Positions 10,740 through 20,555 of a stretch of 64,000 bases of DNA are shown piece after piece (the stretch's first letter is position 1; each line of letters starts with the position of its first letter). Origin of the DNA: an uncultured delta proteobacterium (GTDB taxonomy: Bacteria > Myxococcota_A > Polyangia > Polyangiales > JAFGIB01). Location of the stretch: NCBI GenBank assembly GCA_963778655.1, contig CAVZVA010000003.1, forward strand, positions 160,001 to 224,000, given 5' to 3'. The notes beneath the pieces were generated by a model, which was not told the DNA's origin, did no database searches, and saw nothing but the letters and a program-made list of their open reading frames with translations. The translations under genes and the position numbers were made by a program.

Positions 10740-10892
10740 GTGCCCTGCCTTCCTCGAACCGCGGGCAATCATCTCACGCGTCCCGCGTCCCACGCCGGCC
10801 GGCGTGCGGCCGCCGCCGGATTGGCGCGAAGCTCGAAGCGATTGGCGCGTTCCGCGCGTCCGCGCCGGCGGCCTCTGCGTCTATCGTGGGGA

Positions 10893-11789
10893 ATGCACAA
10901 GCGGGTGGCATGGACACTGGCGATGGTGCTCGCGATCTGGGGGACCGGCTGCCCATCCGGCAGCGACTCCGGCACGGCGGGTACCAGCGGATCGAAGGAC
11001 AAATCGCGCTCGGACGCCGGCGCCGGCTCGTCCGCAGCCGCCGGTTCGGGGTCGAGCGACAACGGCAAGGACGCAGGCGCGACAACCGACTCCGGGCCGT
11101 CCGGCGGGCAGGGCGCGGACGCGAGCAGCGATGGCGGTGGCTCGGCCGCCACAGTCGACACCAGCTGCACGGGGATCTTGACCTGCGTGGGCGATTGCCC
11201 CGACTCCGACGACACCTGCCCGGACGCCTGCTACGCGGTGGGCGACAGCGACGCGCAAGACCAGTTTGTGGCGCTGCTCGACTGCATGGACACCAACCAG
11301 TGCAGCGACGTGCCCTGCATCCAGAGCATGTGCGCGAACGAGCTCGTGGCCTGCGTCTCTCCGAGCTCCCCCTCCGGCGGCTCGCCGGTGACCGGCCCAG
11401 CGCCCCAAGGCGACATTCCCGCAGAACTGGTCGGGCACTGGGTGCGCCCGAGCGCCGACGAGGTGTTCGAGCTGACGTTCGGCGCGGACGGCTCCGCGTC
11501 GCACGCCAACTATAAGGAGTCGACGCTGGCCAGTTGTACGATCGCGGTCATGAGCGAATGGTCGACCGGCAGCGTGGTCGCGCAAGGCGACGAGCTGACC
11601 GTCACCCTCGAAGAAGGCGTCACCAACGTGACCTGGGTCGGCGGCTGCGGCAGCGACTACACCAATCCCGCGCCGGGCACGGTGTTGCACTACCGCTACG
11701 CGCTCGACACCGGCGATCAGCCCGGGCTGTGGCTCACCGACCTCGACTGCCAAGGCGACTACTGCGAGGAGCTCTACCGCCTGCAGTGA
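10893..11789 (+). CDS. Cys-rich lipoprotein of unknown function
   Basis: MHKRVAWTLAMVLAIWGTGC leader; Ser/Gly linker; helical Cys cluster; C-terminal beta-rich domain starting ELVGHW. Confidence 0.75.
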   Translation: MHKRVAWTLAMVLAIWGTGCPSGSDSGTAGTSGSKDKSRSDAGAGSSAAAGSGSSDNGKDAGATTDSGPSGGQGADASSDGGGSAATVDTSCTGILTCVGDCPDSDDTCPDACYAVGDSDAQDQFVALLDCMDTNQCSDVPCIQSMCANELVACVSPSSPSGGSPVTGPAPQGDIPAELVGHWVRPSADEVFELTFGADGSASHANYKESTLASCTIAVMSEWSTGSVVAQGDELTVTLEEGVTNVTWVGGCGSDYTNPAPGTVLHYRYALDTGDQPGLWLTDLDCQGDYCEELYRLQ

Positions 11790-12645
11790 GCATGACCGCG
11801 CCGGCAGCGTGCCGGGCGCGCCCTCGCTCGCGCCACTCGGTCGGGCCCACGCCGTGCGCGCGGCGAAACAGCGAGCTGAGTCGGCCCGCGGAAAGCTCGA
11901 CCGCCGCGGCCACCGCCTTGATCGAAAGCGTCGTGCTCGCCAGCAGCGACTCCGCGCGCGCGAGCCGCTCGCGCGTGAGCTGATCGCGAAACGAAGTGCC
12001 CGCGAGCTCGAGCGCGCGCTGCAGCGAGCGCGGGCTCATGCCGAGCAGGCGCGCGGACTTGGTCAGGCTGGGCGGCGCCGCGTACGGCGCCCAGGTGCCA
12101 CGGATGCGCGAGACAATCTCGGGGCTCTGGCCGTAACGCGCGCGCAGCGCCTCGACCACGCGCGCGGTGCGTGCGGGGTCGTGCGGCCTCAGCCACTCGA
12201 GGGCCGGCCCGAGCTCGGTGAACGTGGCCACCGGGTAGCGCGCGGGCACGACCGCATAGAATCCGCCCACCGCCGCCCCCACCGCGTCGGCGCCGTGCAT
12301 CAGCGCCTGGCGCAGCACCGTCTTCTCGAACACGGGCTGGCGCCGGGTCATGTAGGTCATCACCACGTCGAACGCCGCCGCGTCCACCGCGCGCAGGCAG
12401 CGCATGTCGACCAGCGAGACGTGGGTCTCGTGCGGGCGCGCCCCGGCCTCGAACGCCGCCACCATCTCGCGCGCGTCTGCGACCTCGGGCGAGCCCCAGG
12501 CCACCACTCCCTTGGTGTGCCCCCCGATCTGCCAGAAGCAGAAGCAGCGGCGCGCCACATAGCGGTCGGCCGGGTTCCGCACGAAATCCGCGATGGTGCG
12601 CGCTGCGGCGAGGCCGGCGACGTGAGCTGCGGCGGGCGGCGACAT
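11734..12645 (-). CDS. AraC-family transcriptional regulator
   Basis: C-terminal SLTKSARLLGMSPRSLQRAL...SIKAVAAAV...FRRAHGVGPTEWR double HTH; start placed at MSPPAAA. Confidence 0.85.
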   Translation of the reverse strand: MSPPAAAHVAGLAAARTIADFVRNPADRYVARRCFCFWQIGGHTKGVVAWGSPEVADAREMVAAFEAGARPHETHVSLVDMRCLRAVDAAAFDVVMTYMTRRQPVFEKTVLRQALMHGADAVGAAVGGFYAVVPARYPVATFTELGPALEWLRPHDPARTARVVEALRARYGQSPEIVSRIRGTWAPYAAPPSLTKSARLLGMSPRSLQRALELAGTSFRDQLTRERLARAESLLASTTLSIKAVAAAVELSAGRLSSLFRRAHGVGPTEWRERGRARHAAGAVMLTAGGRAPRSSRLGSRGR

Positions 12646-12808
12646 TGTCGCTGGCAGTATCGACGACAAGCCTTGCGCGCGTCCACCCACGCTCAAGGCA
12701 CGCGCCTCGACGTAGGGCGTGCGCCCTGCAGGCGTCGCCACCGGCGATCCGGCGAACGCCGATGTGTGCGAGAACGGGACCTCGAGGCCGCTCCCAGCCT
12801 CGCGGCGT

Positions 12809-13927
12809 TCAACGCGCGAGACGCAGGCCCCGCGCGCCGCGCAAGCGGACGCGGCGCGCCAGGTCCGCGACCCGCACGAGCCCGCCGCGCACCGCCATGC
12901 GTGCGGTGCCCGGCGCCCATTGCGCGACGGGCGGATGGGTGAACGCCGAGCGCGCAGGCCCGAGCAAGTCGAGCAGCGAGCCCTCGGCCAACGTGTCAAA
13001 ACGCACAGCGCTCAGCTTGGGCGTCGCGACGATCGCGTCGATCTCCGCGATTCGCCCTGCGGCGTCCAGCTCCACCCGTGCCACCACGCGGCGCGCCAGC
13101 CGCGGGCGCGTAGCGGCCGTCTCGAGCACCAGCGCGGGCAAGCCGTTGAGCAGCCGGATCTCGTAGCGGAAGGGCTCGGCGCGCAGCGTGTTGAGATAAA
13201 AGCGGATCACCTTGGCGCGGCCCAGCACCGGCCGCCGCGCCGCGAAGAACTCGCCGCCGCCGTCGTTGATCGCCTTGACGTCGCGCGCGAGCAAGGCCTC
13301 GAGCGCGGGCACGTTGCGCGCGAACAGATGCATGCAGAATGCCTCGAGCGCCTGGCGGGTGGCCTTCTGGCGCGCGGGCGTCGGCGCTTGCGCGCTCGCG
13401 TCGTAGCTCGCCATCGAGCGCCGCGCGCGGTGCAGGGTGGTCTTGACGTTGGGCTCGCTCATCGCCAGCGCGGCTGCAGTCTCGCGCACGGAGTAGTCGA
13501 GCACGTCGCGCAGCAACAGCACCGCACGCTGCGCAGGACTGAGCGCTTCCAGCGCACACATGAACGCGAAGGTCACGCTCTGCAGCTCACCGTAGCGCGC
13601 CTCCGGGCCGAGCTTAGCCTCGGCGCTCTCGAAGGCGGCGGTCTCGATCGGCGCGGGCAGCCAGGTGCCGTCGTACCCGCGGCGCTTGCGCGCCCGCAGG
13701 GCATCGCGCGCGAGGTTGACGGCGACGCGGACCAGCCACGGGCGCAGCTCGCGCTCCAGGTCGGGCGGCGGGTTCTCGAGCGCGCGCCGATACGTCTCCT
13801 GCACCAGGTCGTCGGCATCGGCGGCGCTACCGGTCATGCGGTAGCACAGGCGAAACAGCTGCTCACGCTGGGCCGACAGGCGGGCGCGCAGCTCACCGGC
13901 AGCCGCCCTCGGATTCTCGGCCGACAC
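12809..13927 (-). CDS. ECF sigma factor with C-terminal SnoaL-like extension (ECF41/SigJ type)
   Basis: YRMTGSAADADDLVQE; WLPAP linker; LSPAQRAVLLLRDV; DGGG motif and NGLPA in the extension. Confidence 0.88.
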   Translation of the reverse strand: MSAENPRAAAGELRARLSAQREQLFRLCYRMTGSAADADDLVQETYRRALENPPPDLERELRPWLVRVAVNLARDALRARKRRGYDGTWLPAPIETAAFESAEAKLGPEARYGELQSVTFAFMCALEALSPAQRAVLLLRDVLDYSVRETAAALAMSEPNVKTTLHRARRSMASYDASAQAPTPARQKATRQALEAFCMHLFARNVPALEALLARDVKAINDGGGEFFAARRPVLGRAKVIRFYLNTLRAEPFRYEIRLLNGLPALVLETAATRPRLARRVVARVELDAAGRIAEIDAIVATPKLSAVRFDTLAEGSLLDLLGPARSAFTHPPVAQWAPGTARMAVRGGLVRVADLARRVRLRGARGLRLAR

Positions 13928-14002
13928 GCCGGGCAGTATAGCCCGCGGCGCCGGCAATGGGCCACTCTGGCTCTCATACGCTCGGTCTGCGCCCCGCCTC
14001 GC

Positions 14003-14029
14003 TGTAACCTTTTGGCGCTCTCATTCGTG
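14003..14029 (+). promoter_or_regulatory. Putative ECF41-type promoter for the AhpD/CMD gene
   Basis: TGTAACC-N16-CGTG versus the ECF41 consensus TGTCACA-N16-CGTC; followed by an AAGGAGG RBS and the ATG at 14055. Confidence 0.55.
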
Positions 14030-14054
14030 TACAGCAGAGAGAAAGGAGGTCACC

Positions 14055-14642
14055 ATGACCTCGTCAGCGCTCGAACGCGGCCAGCCCCGGCTCGCTCCGC
14101 TGCGGCGCATCCGCGGCGTCTTGGTCCGGCTGATGGCGTTGGGCCTGCGCCTCAAGCTCGGCAAGGTGATGACGCCGTTGCGGGTAATCTACGCCCGCAT
14201 GCCCGCGCTCGCCTTGCCGCACCTCGGCCTGTATCGCGTCGCAGGCGCAAAGCTCTCGCTCGACCCGCTGCTCGTGCACTTGGTGCAGGTACGGGTTTCG
14301 ATGGCGAATGGCTGCAGCTTCTGCACCGACCTGCACCAGGCAATGGCGCTGCACGACCGCCGCGCGCAGGCCGTGCTCGATGCGCTGTTCGATGCCCGCG
14401 CGGACGCCGGGCTCGACGCCGCGCAGCGTGCCGCGCTCGCCTACGTGGACGAGATCTGCCGCACCGGACGCGCCAGCGACGAGCGCTTCGAGCTGCTGCG
14501 CGCGTGCTTCGACGAGCGCCAGATCGTGGAGCTGACCTGGCTATGCGCCTTCACCACCTACCTCAATCGGCTGGCAACGCCGCTCGGAATCGGCTCGGAC
14601 GGCTTCTGTACGCTCGCGCGAGCGAGCGCACGGCGAGCGTGA
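14055..14642 (+). CDS. Carboxymuconolactone decarboxylase / AhpD-like protein
   Basis: VSMANGCSFCTDLH CxxC-x3-H motif; strong RBS; divergent from an ECF41 sigma, a usual context. Confidence 0.88.
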   Translation: MTSSALERGQPRLAPLRRIRGVLVRLMALGLRLKLGKVMTPLRVIYARMPALALPHLGLYRVAGAKLSLDPLLVHLVQVRVSMANGCSFCTDLHQAMALHDRRAQAVLDALFDARADAGLDAAQRAALAYVDEICRTGRASDERFELLRACFDERQIVELTWLCAFTTYLNRLATPLGIGSDGFCTLARASARRA

Positions 14643-14747
14643 GAGGCGCGCTGGCCGGGCGCGTCCGGGCCCGGGCGGGCGCAGGCAGTCGAAATCGGCT
14701 GGCACGCGCGCCCGGATCGGATATGCATGGATCCGCGCTGGGGTTAG

Positions 14748-14937
14748 ATCAGAGCTCGCGATTCGCGATCGCATCACAAACTCCAATATAGCGGAGTCGC
14801 TTCGCGGGGCCGCTTCGCTCCGGTGCTGCAGCGCAGCAATACTCCGTGTATTTCAAGCTGTGGCAACGCCGCGATCGGGCCCGCATCGCTCGCGAGGATT
14901 GATTCTATCTCGCGGACGCTGCACCACCAGCGGCCCC
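14748..14937. repeat. Intergenic multi-hairpin palindromic element (REP/MITE-like or structured RNA)
   Basis: GGGGCCGCT (14806-14814) pairs with AGCGGCCCC (14929-14937); GGTGCTGCAGCG (14822-14833) pairs with CGCTGCACCACC (14917-14928, one mismatch). Inner hairpins AATAC/GTATT, GCGAT/ATCGC and CGCGAG/CTCGCG. Confidence 0.5.
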
Positions 14938-15048
14938 TCGGTGGATTCGACAGGCCACGCTATCTTCCCGCCCTTCCATCTTGCCGTGAAGACGACACCG
15001 GGCGGTGCGGACGCGGCGATCGCCGCGTCTCGCACCGCCCGCTCGTGC

Positions 15049-16086
15049 TCAACGCGCGGCGTCGCTCGCGAGCATGCGCGCGATCAGCACGTCGGCCAGC
15101 CCGCTGCCGTTCTGGCTGCCGCTCACCGCCACCTCGGGCACCAGCTTCACCTGGTGCTCGGCCAACACGGTCGCGACCTGCATCGCGGTGTAGGCGCCCG
15201 TTCCGAGCGAGCCCGCGCCCGCACGGTAGGCCTCGGCCTTGCTCTCGCCGACCTTGCGGGTGGCCTCGGCCTCGGCGTCCGCGCGCACGCGCATGGCCTC
15301 GGCCTCGGCGCCGGCCCGCAGCCGCAGCGCGTGCGCCTCGCCATCGGCGCGAGCACGTACCGCCGACGCCTCGCCCTTGGCTGCCTCGACCACCGAGGCG
15401 GCGTTGCGCTCGGCGATGCGTACGGATTGCTCGCTGCGCACCACCTCGCCCTGCAGCGCCGTGATCGCCGTCTCCCGCTCCAGCTCCTGGCGCCGCACCT
15501 GGGCCTCGCGCTGCACGTCGTAGGTCTGCTTGAGCTCTTCGGCGATCTTGCGGTCGGTCTGCGTCTTCATCAGCTCTTCGGACGGCACGATGTCGCCGAT
15601 CAGCGTGTCGATGCACTCGACGTCGTACGCCTCCACCGCCTGGCGGATATTGTCGAAGGCCTGCCGCTGCCGCACGCTGCGCGCGGATAGGAAGTCGAGC
15701 ACGGTGACCTCCTGGGCGGAGTTGCGGAAGTAGTTCGCGACCGTCGGTTGCAGCACGTGGTCGACCAGGTTCTGCATCGAGCCCACGCGCGAGATGACCC
15801 GCGGTGCGTCCTTCATACCGATGTGAATGATCTGCGAGACGTCGAGCGAGAACGCGAAGCCGTCCTTGGAGCGCACCAGGATCGGCGAGAGCCTCTCGTC
15901 GTAGTGGTGCGCTTCTGTGCGCTGCGCCCAGTTGAGCACGATGTTGGTCGTGGGGACGAGCTCGACCCGCATCACGCGCGTGTTGATCGGGTGCTTGCCC
16001 GGCAGCAACGGCTCGATCCATACGCCCTTGCTGCCCCTCGAGACCAGGTCGCCGTGGGTGAAGCCGTCGCCCGAGAGGTCGACGTG
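15049..16086 (-). pseudogene. 5'-truncated SPFH/flotillin-like (band 7) protein
   Basis: GVWIEPLLPGKHPINT...VPTTNIVLNWA...VRSKDGF...YFRNSAQ followed by AEAEA coiled-coil repeats. The frame is closed upstream by TAG at 16087-16089, with no N-terminal TM segment or convincing start. Confidence 0.7.
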
Positions 16087-16240
16087 CTAATCCGACGGCT
16101 CGGGCTGTGAGCGCCGCCCGCGACGACGGAGCGTTCACAACACGCAGGCCGCCAGACAAGCCCCGCGCGCGCTGGTCAGCCGTTGTGCCATTGATGTGGC
16201 GCAATCCTACACTGCGCGCAGTGGGAGCCCTTCGTGCAGC

Positions 16241-16284
16241 AAGCCCCCGCCTCCTGGGGCAAGCGCCCGCCTCCTGGGGCAAGC
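16241..16284. repeat. 20-bp tandem duplication
   Basis: AAGCCCCCGCCTCCTGGGGC / AAGCGCCCGCCTCCTGGGGC / AAGC, one mismatch. Confidence 0.85.
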
Positions 16285-16597
16285 TCACCATGCGGTGAGC
16301 AGCTGACCCTGCGTCCGGCAAAGCGCGCTGGTTTCGCAGAAATAGCGCCCCGCCGCGGGGGCTGATTGTACCAAAATAGGGCTGCGATAAACTGGGCCTC
16401 GACGGCTCGAAGTGGAGCTACCCAGTTGCCTTACCCCGCAGGATTTCAGCACAAATCGCCTGTGCATAAGTCGTCGTGCAAAGTTGCAAGCCATGACTTT
16501 CACGGTATGGTGATGGCGGTGGTGTGATGGCGCCCGCGGAGGCGTCGCCGCACGTGGGCGCGGGTGCTTGCCGAGTGGGTTGTGGAGGCTGGTAATT

Positions 16598-18127
16598 ATG
16601 CTCAGGCATCGCGTTCTCTTCTTCGGATCTGCGTTGGCGTTGGCAGCCGGATGCGGCGCCGCTGACACCGGCGGCAGCACCGCCACCGTAGCCTGCCCCC
16701 CCGGGAGCACGCTCTGCACGCCCGCAGGCGCGACCGGCCTCGGCACCGGGGGCACGGGCACCACCGGTGCGCCTGTGGGCAGCGGCCCCGTGATGACGGG
16801 AACCGGCGGCGCAGCGGGCAGCAACAATGGCATGCAGGGCGCGGTCGGCGCGGCGGGCGCAAACGGCGGCGCCGTGACCCCAGCCGTTGCCGACGGCGTG
16901 CCGTGCGACGTGGCGCAGGTGGTGAGCGCGCGCTGCACCGGCTGTCACCAGACCACGCCCAAGTTCGGCGCGCCGATGCCGCTGATGACGTTCGCGGACT
17001 TTCACGCGCCGGCGCACAGCAATGCGACGCGCATGGTCTATCAGGTGATTCCCGAGCGCATCAATCCGACCGATCCGGCCAAGCGCATGCCGCCGACCTC
17101 GGTGCCGGCGCTGACGGCGGCCGAGAACATGACCATCGCGCAATGGGTGGCAGGCGGTGCGATGGCAGCGGCCAGCTCGTGTCCGATCACCGCGGCCAAC
17201 CTCGTCCCCGGCGACACGCCCGACGGCGGCACGGGCACCGTGAGCATGGGCGGCAGCGGCGGCGCGTCGATCGAGCCGATCCAGTACGACGACCCGGAGA
17301 TGAAGTGCTATGACTTTCTCGCGCACGCGGCGGGCGACAAGAACGCCCCGTACACGCAGGCCCCGGGCGAGCAGTACATGGAATTCGATTTCGCCGCGCC
17401 CTGGACCGGCACGGTGTATCAGCGCGCGACCAAGCTGGTGATCGATCCCAATTCGCAGGTGGTGCACCACTGGCTGCTGTTCAAGCAGAGCGGACCAGTG
17501 ACCGACGGCGCGGTCACGCCCGGCACCGGGGTGCACCCGGACGGGATCTTGCTCCACGGTTGGGCGCCGGGCGCCAGCCCGCTCTACCTCGACCCCGATG
17601 TCGGCGTGAAGCTCGAGAGCACGGTCGGATACGAGCTCGAGGTCCACTTCAACAACCCGACCGGCGCGCCGGGCGACGATCACTCGGGCGCGGAGCTGTG
17701 CGTGACGCCGAAGGTACCCGCACACGTCGCACAGATCTCGTGGGTGGGCACCGATTCGATCTCGGGCCTCACGGCGAGCGGCACCTGCTCGCCCAACGCG
17801 AGCGAGGACATCCACATCATCGCGGCCCAGCCGCACATGCACCTCAAGGGCAACCACATGAAGGTCGTGATCAACCGCGCCGGCGGCGGCATGGACGTGA
17901 TCCACGACGAAGACTTCATGTTCGAGAACCAACACTACTACGTGGAAAACGCCGTGTTGCATCCCGGCGACACCATGACCACGACCTGCAGCTACAGCTC
18001 GCCGGCGACCTTCGGGCCGAGCACCAACCAGGAGATGTGCTACTTCTTCTCGCTGGCCTGGCCCGCCGGCACGTTGGTGATGCCGGGCATCGGAACCGCG
18101 CTCCACGGCGCCGACTCCTGCCTGTGA
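16598..18127 (+). CDS. Lipoprotein: c-type heme domain plus type II copper monooxygenase (PHM/DBH-like) domains
   Basis: GGAGG RBS; LALAAGC lipobox; CTGCH heme motif with downstream RMPP; CuH ligands VVHHW and LEVHF; CuM ligands PHMH and EMC. Confidence 0.85.
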   Translation: MLRHRVLFFGSALALAAGCGAADTGGSTATVACPPGSTLCTPAGATGLGTGGTGTTGAPVGSGPVMTGTGGAAGSNNGMQGAVGAAGANGGAVTPAVADGVPCDVAQVVSARCTGCHQTTPKFGAPMPLMTFADFHAPAHSNATRMVYQVIPERINPTDPAKRMPPTSVPALTAAENMTIAQWVAGGAMAAASSCPITAANLVPGDTPDGGTGTVSMGGSGGASIEPIQYDDPEMKCYDFLAHAAGDKNAPYTQAPGEQYMEFDFAAPWTGTVYQRATKLVIDPNSQVVHHWLLFKQSGPVTDGAVTPGTGVHPDGILLHGWAPGASPLYLDPDVGVKLESTVGYELEVHFNNPTGAPGDDHSGAELCVTPKVPAHVAQISWVGTDSISGLTASGTCSPNASEDIHIIAAQPHMHLKGNHMKVVINRAGGGMDVIHDEDFMFENQHYYVENAVLHPGDTMTTTCSYSSPATFGPSTNQEMCYFFSLAWPAGTLVMPGIGTALHGADSCL

Positions 18128-18420
18128 GGCAACGGCGCCTGCCCCGCAACCGGAGCTGAGGGCGACGACAGGCAACTCCGGCGCGCGCCGCCCTTGACGG
18201 GGCGTCCCGCGCCGGAGCGCAGTCGGCGTCTTCAGCGGCGCGCGTGGACGGCTGGCGATGGTTTCGCACCCGACACGGTCGCGCGGCACCGAGGGCGGGC
18301 GCAGCACAGCGATGCGCGGGCCGCGGTCGCGCTTCGAATCGGAAGCTGAGCCGGCGTCGAGCGCGCCGCAGCTGCGCGAAATGCGCTCGCGCTCCGCCCC
18401 CGGGCGCGAGCGCTATGCCT

Positions 18421-19902
18421 CTACGACCGCCGTCGTCGCAACGCTAGCGGCAGCAGCAACAGCGCCAGCAGCTCCGCAAGGCTCGCGGGCGAGGCTGCAC
18501 GCACGGCGCAGCCGCTGTGGTGACCGCCGGTATTCGTAGCAGCCGCACCCGCCGTGCCGATCGCGCCGATCATCCCGTTACCGCCGGTGCCGACCACGCC
18601 GGTGCCGCCCGTCCCGCCGGTGGCGACCGGCGTGCTGGCGCCGCCGGCGCCGCTCGGCGATGCGGCGCCCGCGTCGGCCATCGTGCCCGCGGGGTCCATC
18701 GGCATGACCACGGCGCTGCCGTTGCCGAACTGCGAGCGCTCGTGCTGCCAGTCGCGGAACGGGATATCGCACAGCATCGTGGTCGGGGCGTCCATGCCGC
18801 ATCCGACCTCGTCGGCGATGTCCATGAAGGCCATCCAGGGCTGAAACGAGTCGCCCCCGTCGGCGGACAGGCCGAGCCCATCGAGCTGCGCGGCGAGCCC
18901 TTCGTAGTAGCCGCCCGCCCATAGCATTCCCTGATGCTCCGCGACGTAGGTCACCTGGACGGCGGCGCCGGCCGGCGCAAAGGTCTGCAGCCCATCGATC
19001 GAGCGGTACAGCCCGTTCAGGCCCGCCACCCACGCGGTCGAGCCGTCGGCGCTGAACGCCGCGCTCAGCAGCGTCTCGGTGCTGAACGGGCTGGTGAAGG
19101 TCTTACCCCCGTCCCGGCTCAGCAGCAGGCGCTCCGGCGTGTATCCCGGGTTGGCGCCGGTCGCCTTGGCCAGCAGCACGTTGGGATCGGCCGGGCTGAT
19201 CGCCAGCAGCCGCACGTCGAGCTCCTGGTCGAGCACGGGCACGTCGAAGCGCTCCCAGGTCTTGCCCGAGTCCATTGAACGCGCGACGTAATGCTTGAAG
19301 TTACCCATGGCATCGAAGACCGATCCCGCTGCGTAGAGCTGCGCGGGATGCTGCGGCGCGACTAGCAGCGAGCGCAGGAAGTCGTCGTCGGCCGCAGGCA
19401 TTAGCTGGGTGAAGCTCGCGGCGGCGTCCTCGGTGACGTAGATGCCGCCCTGGCCAGTGCCAAAAACGGCGACGTACACGCGACCCGGTTGCGCCGGGTC
19501 CTTCGCGATCGCAGGAGCCGAGAGCGTCGCGAACGGGGCCACGCCTTGCCAATTGCAGCCCTGATCGGAGGTGGTCTGGAGCCCGGCGCTGGTCCCGACC
19601 AGCAACCTACCGTCGGTCAGGTAGGCTGCGCTCGGCTGCTCGCTAACGGTGATGTGCAGCGCCTCGTTGCACATGATGCGCCAACCGCTGCCGTCGGGCT
19701 TGCCGAATGCCAGACCGCGGTTGGTGACCAGCAGCACTTCGCCGCCGTCATCGCGCCAAACCACCTGCAACACTTGCGGGGCCGCGTGCGCGAACGCTAC
19801 CGCCGCGGGCAGCCACGCGCTCAACGCGACGAGCAGTCGCAAGCCCACACCTTGCCACCGTCGCCGTCGTTGGACCCGAGACGAAACCACAATGGGGTCC
19901 AT
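18421..19902 (-). CDS. BNR/Asp-box beta-propeller protein with MYXO-CTERM-like tail
   Basis: Repeated S-x-D-x-G-x-T/S-W/F boxes (TSDQGCNW, SMDSGKTW, SRDGGKTF, SADGGDSF); signal peptide; tail SGCAV...LLALLLLPLALRRRRS. Confidence 0.82.
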   Translation of the reverse strand: MDPIVVSSRVQRRRRWQGVGLRLLVALSAWLPAAVAFAHAAPQVLQVVWRDDGGEVLLVTNRGLAFGKPDGSGWRIMCNEALHITVSEQPSAAYLTDGRLLVGTSAGLQTTSDQGCNWQGVAPFATLSAPAIAKDPAQPGRVYVAVFGTGQGGIYVTEDAAASFTQLMPAADDDFLRSLLVAPQHPAQLYAAGSVFDAMGNFKHYVARSMDSGKTWERFDVPVLDQELDVRLLAISPADPNVLLAKATGANPGYTPERLLLSRDGGKTFTSPFSTETLLSAAFSADGSTAWVAGLNGLYRSIDGLQTFAPAGAAVQVTYVAEHQGMLWAGGYYEGLAAQLDGLGLSADGGDSFQPWMAFMDIADEVGCGMDAPTTMLCDIPFRDWQHERSQFGNGSAVVMPMDPAGTMADAGAASPSGAGGASTPVATGGTGGTGVVGTGGNGMIGAIGTAGAAATNTGGHHSGCAVRAASPASLAELLALLLLPLALRRRRS

Positions 19903-20028
19903 ACGATCGCTTATAACACGCGCGGCTGCGCCTGCACGGACGTGGCGGCCATGCGCGCGACGATTCTCCACGCGATTATCCATGCGTGACATGCGCTGCG
20001 CGCGCTCGACTCTGTTACTCTGTGGACC

Positions 20029-20472
20029 ATGCGTCGTGTTCTGGCGTGTATCGATCTATCCGCTGCGAGCGAAGCCGTGCTGACCTGCGCGAGCAACCTC
20101 GCTCAGCCCGGCGGCGAGCTCTGGCTGCTGCACGTGGCAGCGCCCGATCCGGACTTCATAGGCTACGAGGTCGGACCGCAGAGCGTGCGCGATGCGGTCG
20201 CGAGCAAGCTACGGGGCAAGCACAAGCGCATGCAGGAACTGGCGGCGCCGCTTCAGACGGCGGGCCTGGGCGTCACGCCGCTGACGGTGCAGGGCGTCGT
20301 GGTCGAGCGCATCCTTGAGCACGCGGCGCGCGTGGGCGCGGAGCTGATCGTGCTCGCATCCTCCAGCCACGGCGCGGTCCACGAGCTGATCGCGGGCAGC
20401 GTGGTGCGCGGCGTGCTGCACGACGCCACGGTGCCGGTGGTGGTGGTGCCGGCTCACGCGCCAGGCTCCTGA
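20029..20472 (+). CDS. Universal stress protein (UspA family)
   Basis: RRVLACIDLS...LLHV...LIVLASSSHG...GSVVRGVL...PVVVVP. Confidence 0.92.
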   Translation: MRRVLACIDLSAASEAVLTCASNLAQPGGELWLLHVAAPDPDFIGYEVGPQSVRDAVASKLRGKHKRMQELAAPLQTAGLGVTPLTVQGVVVERILEHAARVGAELIVLASSSHGAVHELIAGSVVRGVLHDATVPVVVVPAHAPGS

Positions 20473-20555
20473 CGCGGGTGTTGGCTCAGCAACCGGTGAG
20501 CCGGCCGTCTTCGTGTTGACTCCCATCGCCGGCGCGGCCTGAGCACGACCCGCGC

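Noticed and set aside
14943..14951. GGATTCGAC, resembling the tmRNA 5' motif
   Set aside because: No GGGG acceptor-stem start at the right distance, and no tag ORF or T-arm/CCA end.
16241..16284. Possible mini-CRISPR
   Set aside because: The repeats are adjacent with no spacers, and no cas genes are present.
18138..18220. TGCCCCGCAAC, resembling part of a cobalamin riboswitch, plus a GC hairpin
   Set aside because: Lies between convergent gene ends and lacks the other elements; more likely terminator-type hairpins.
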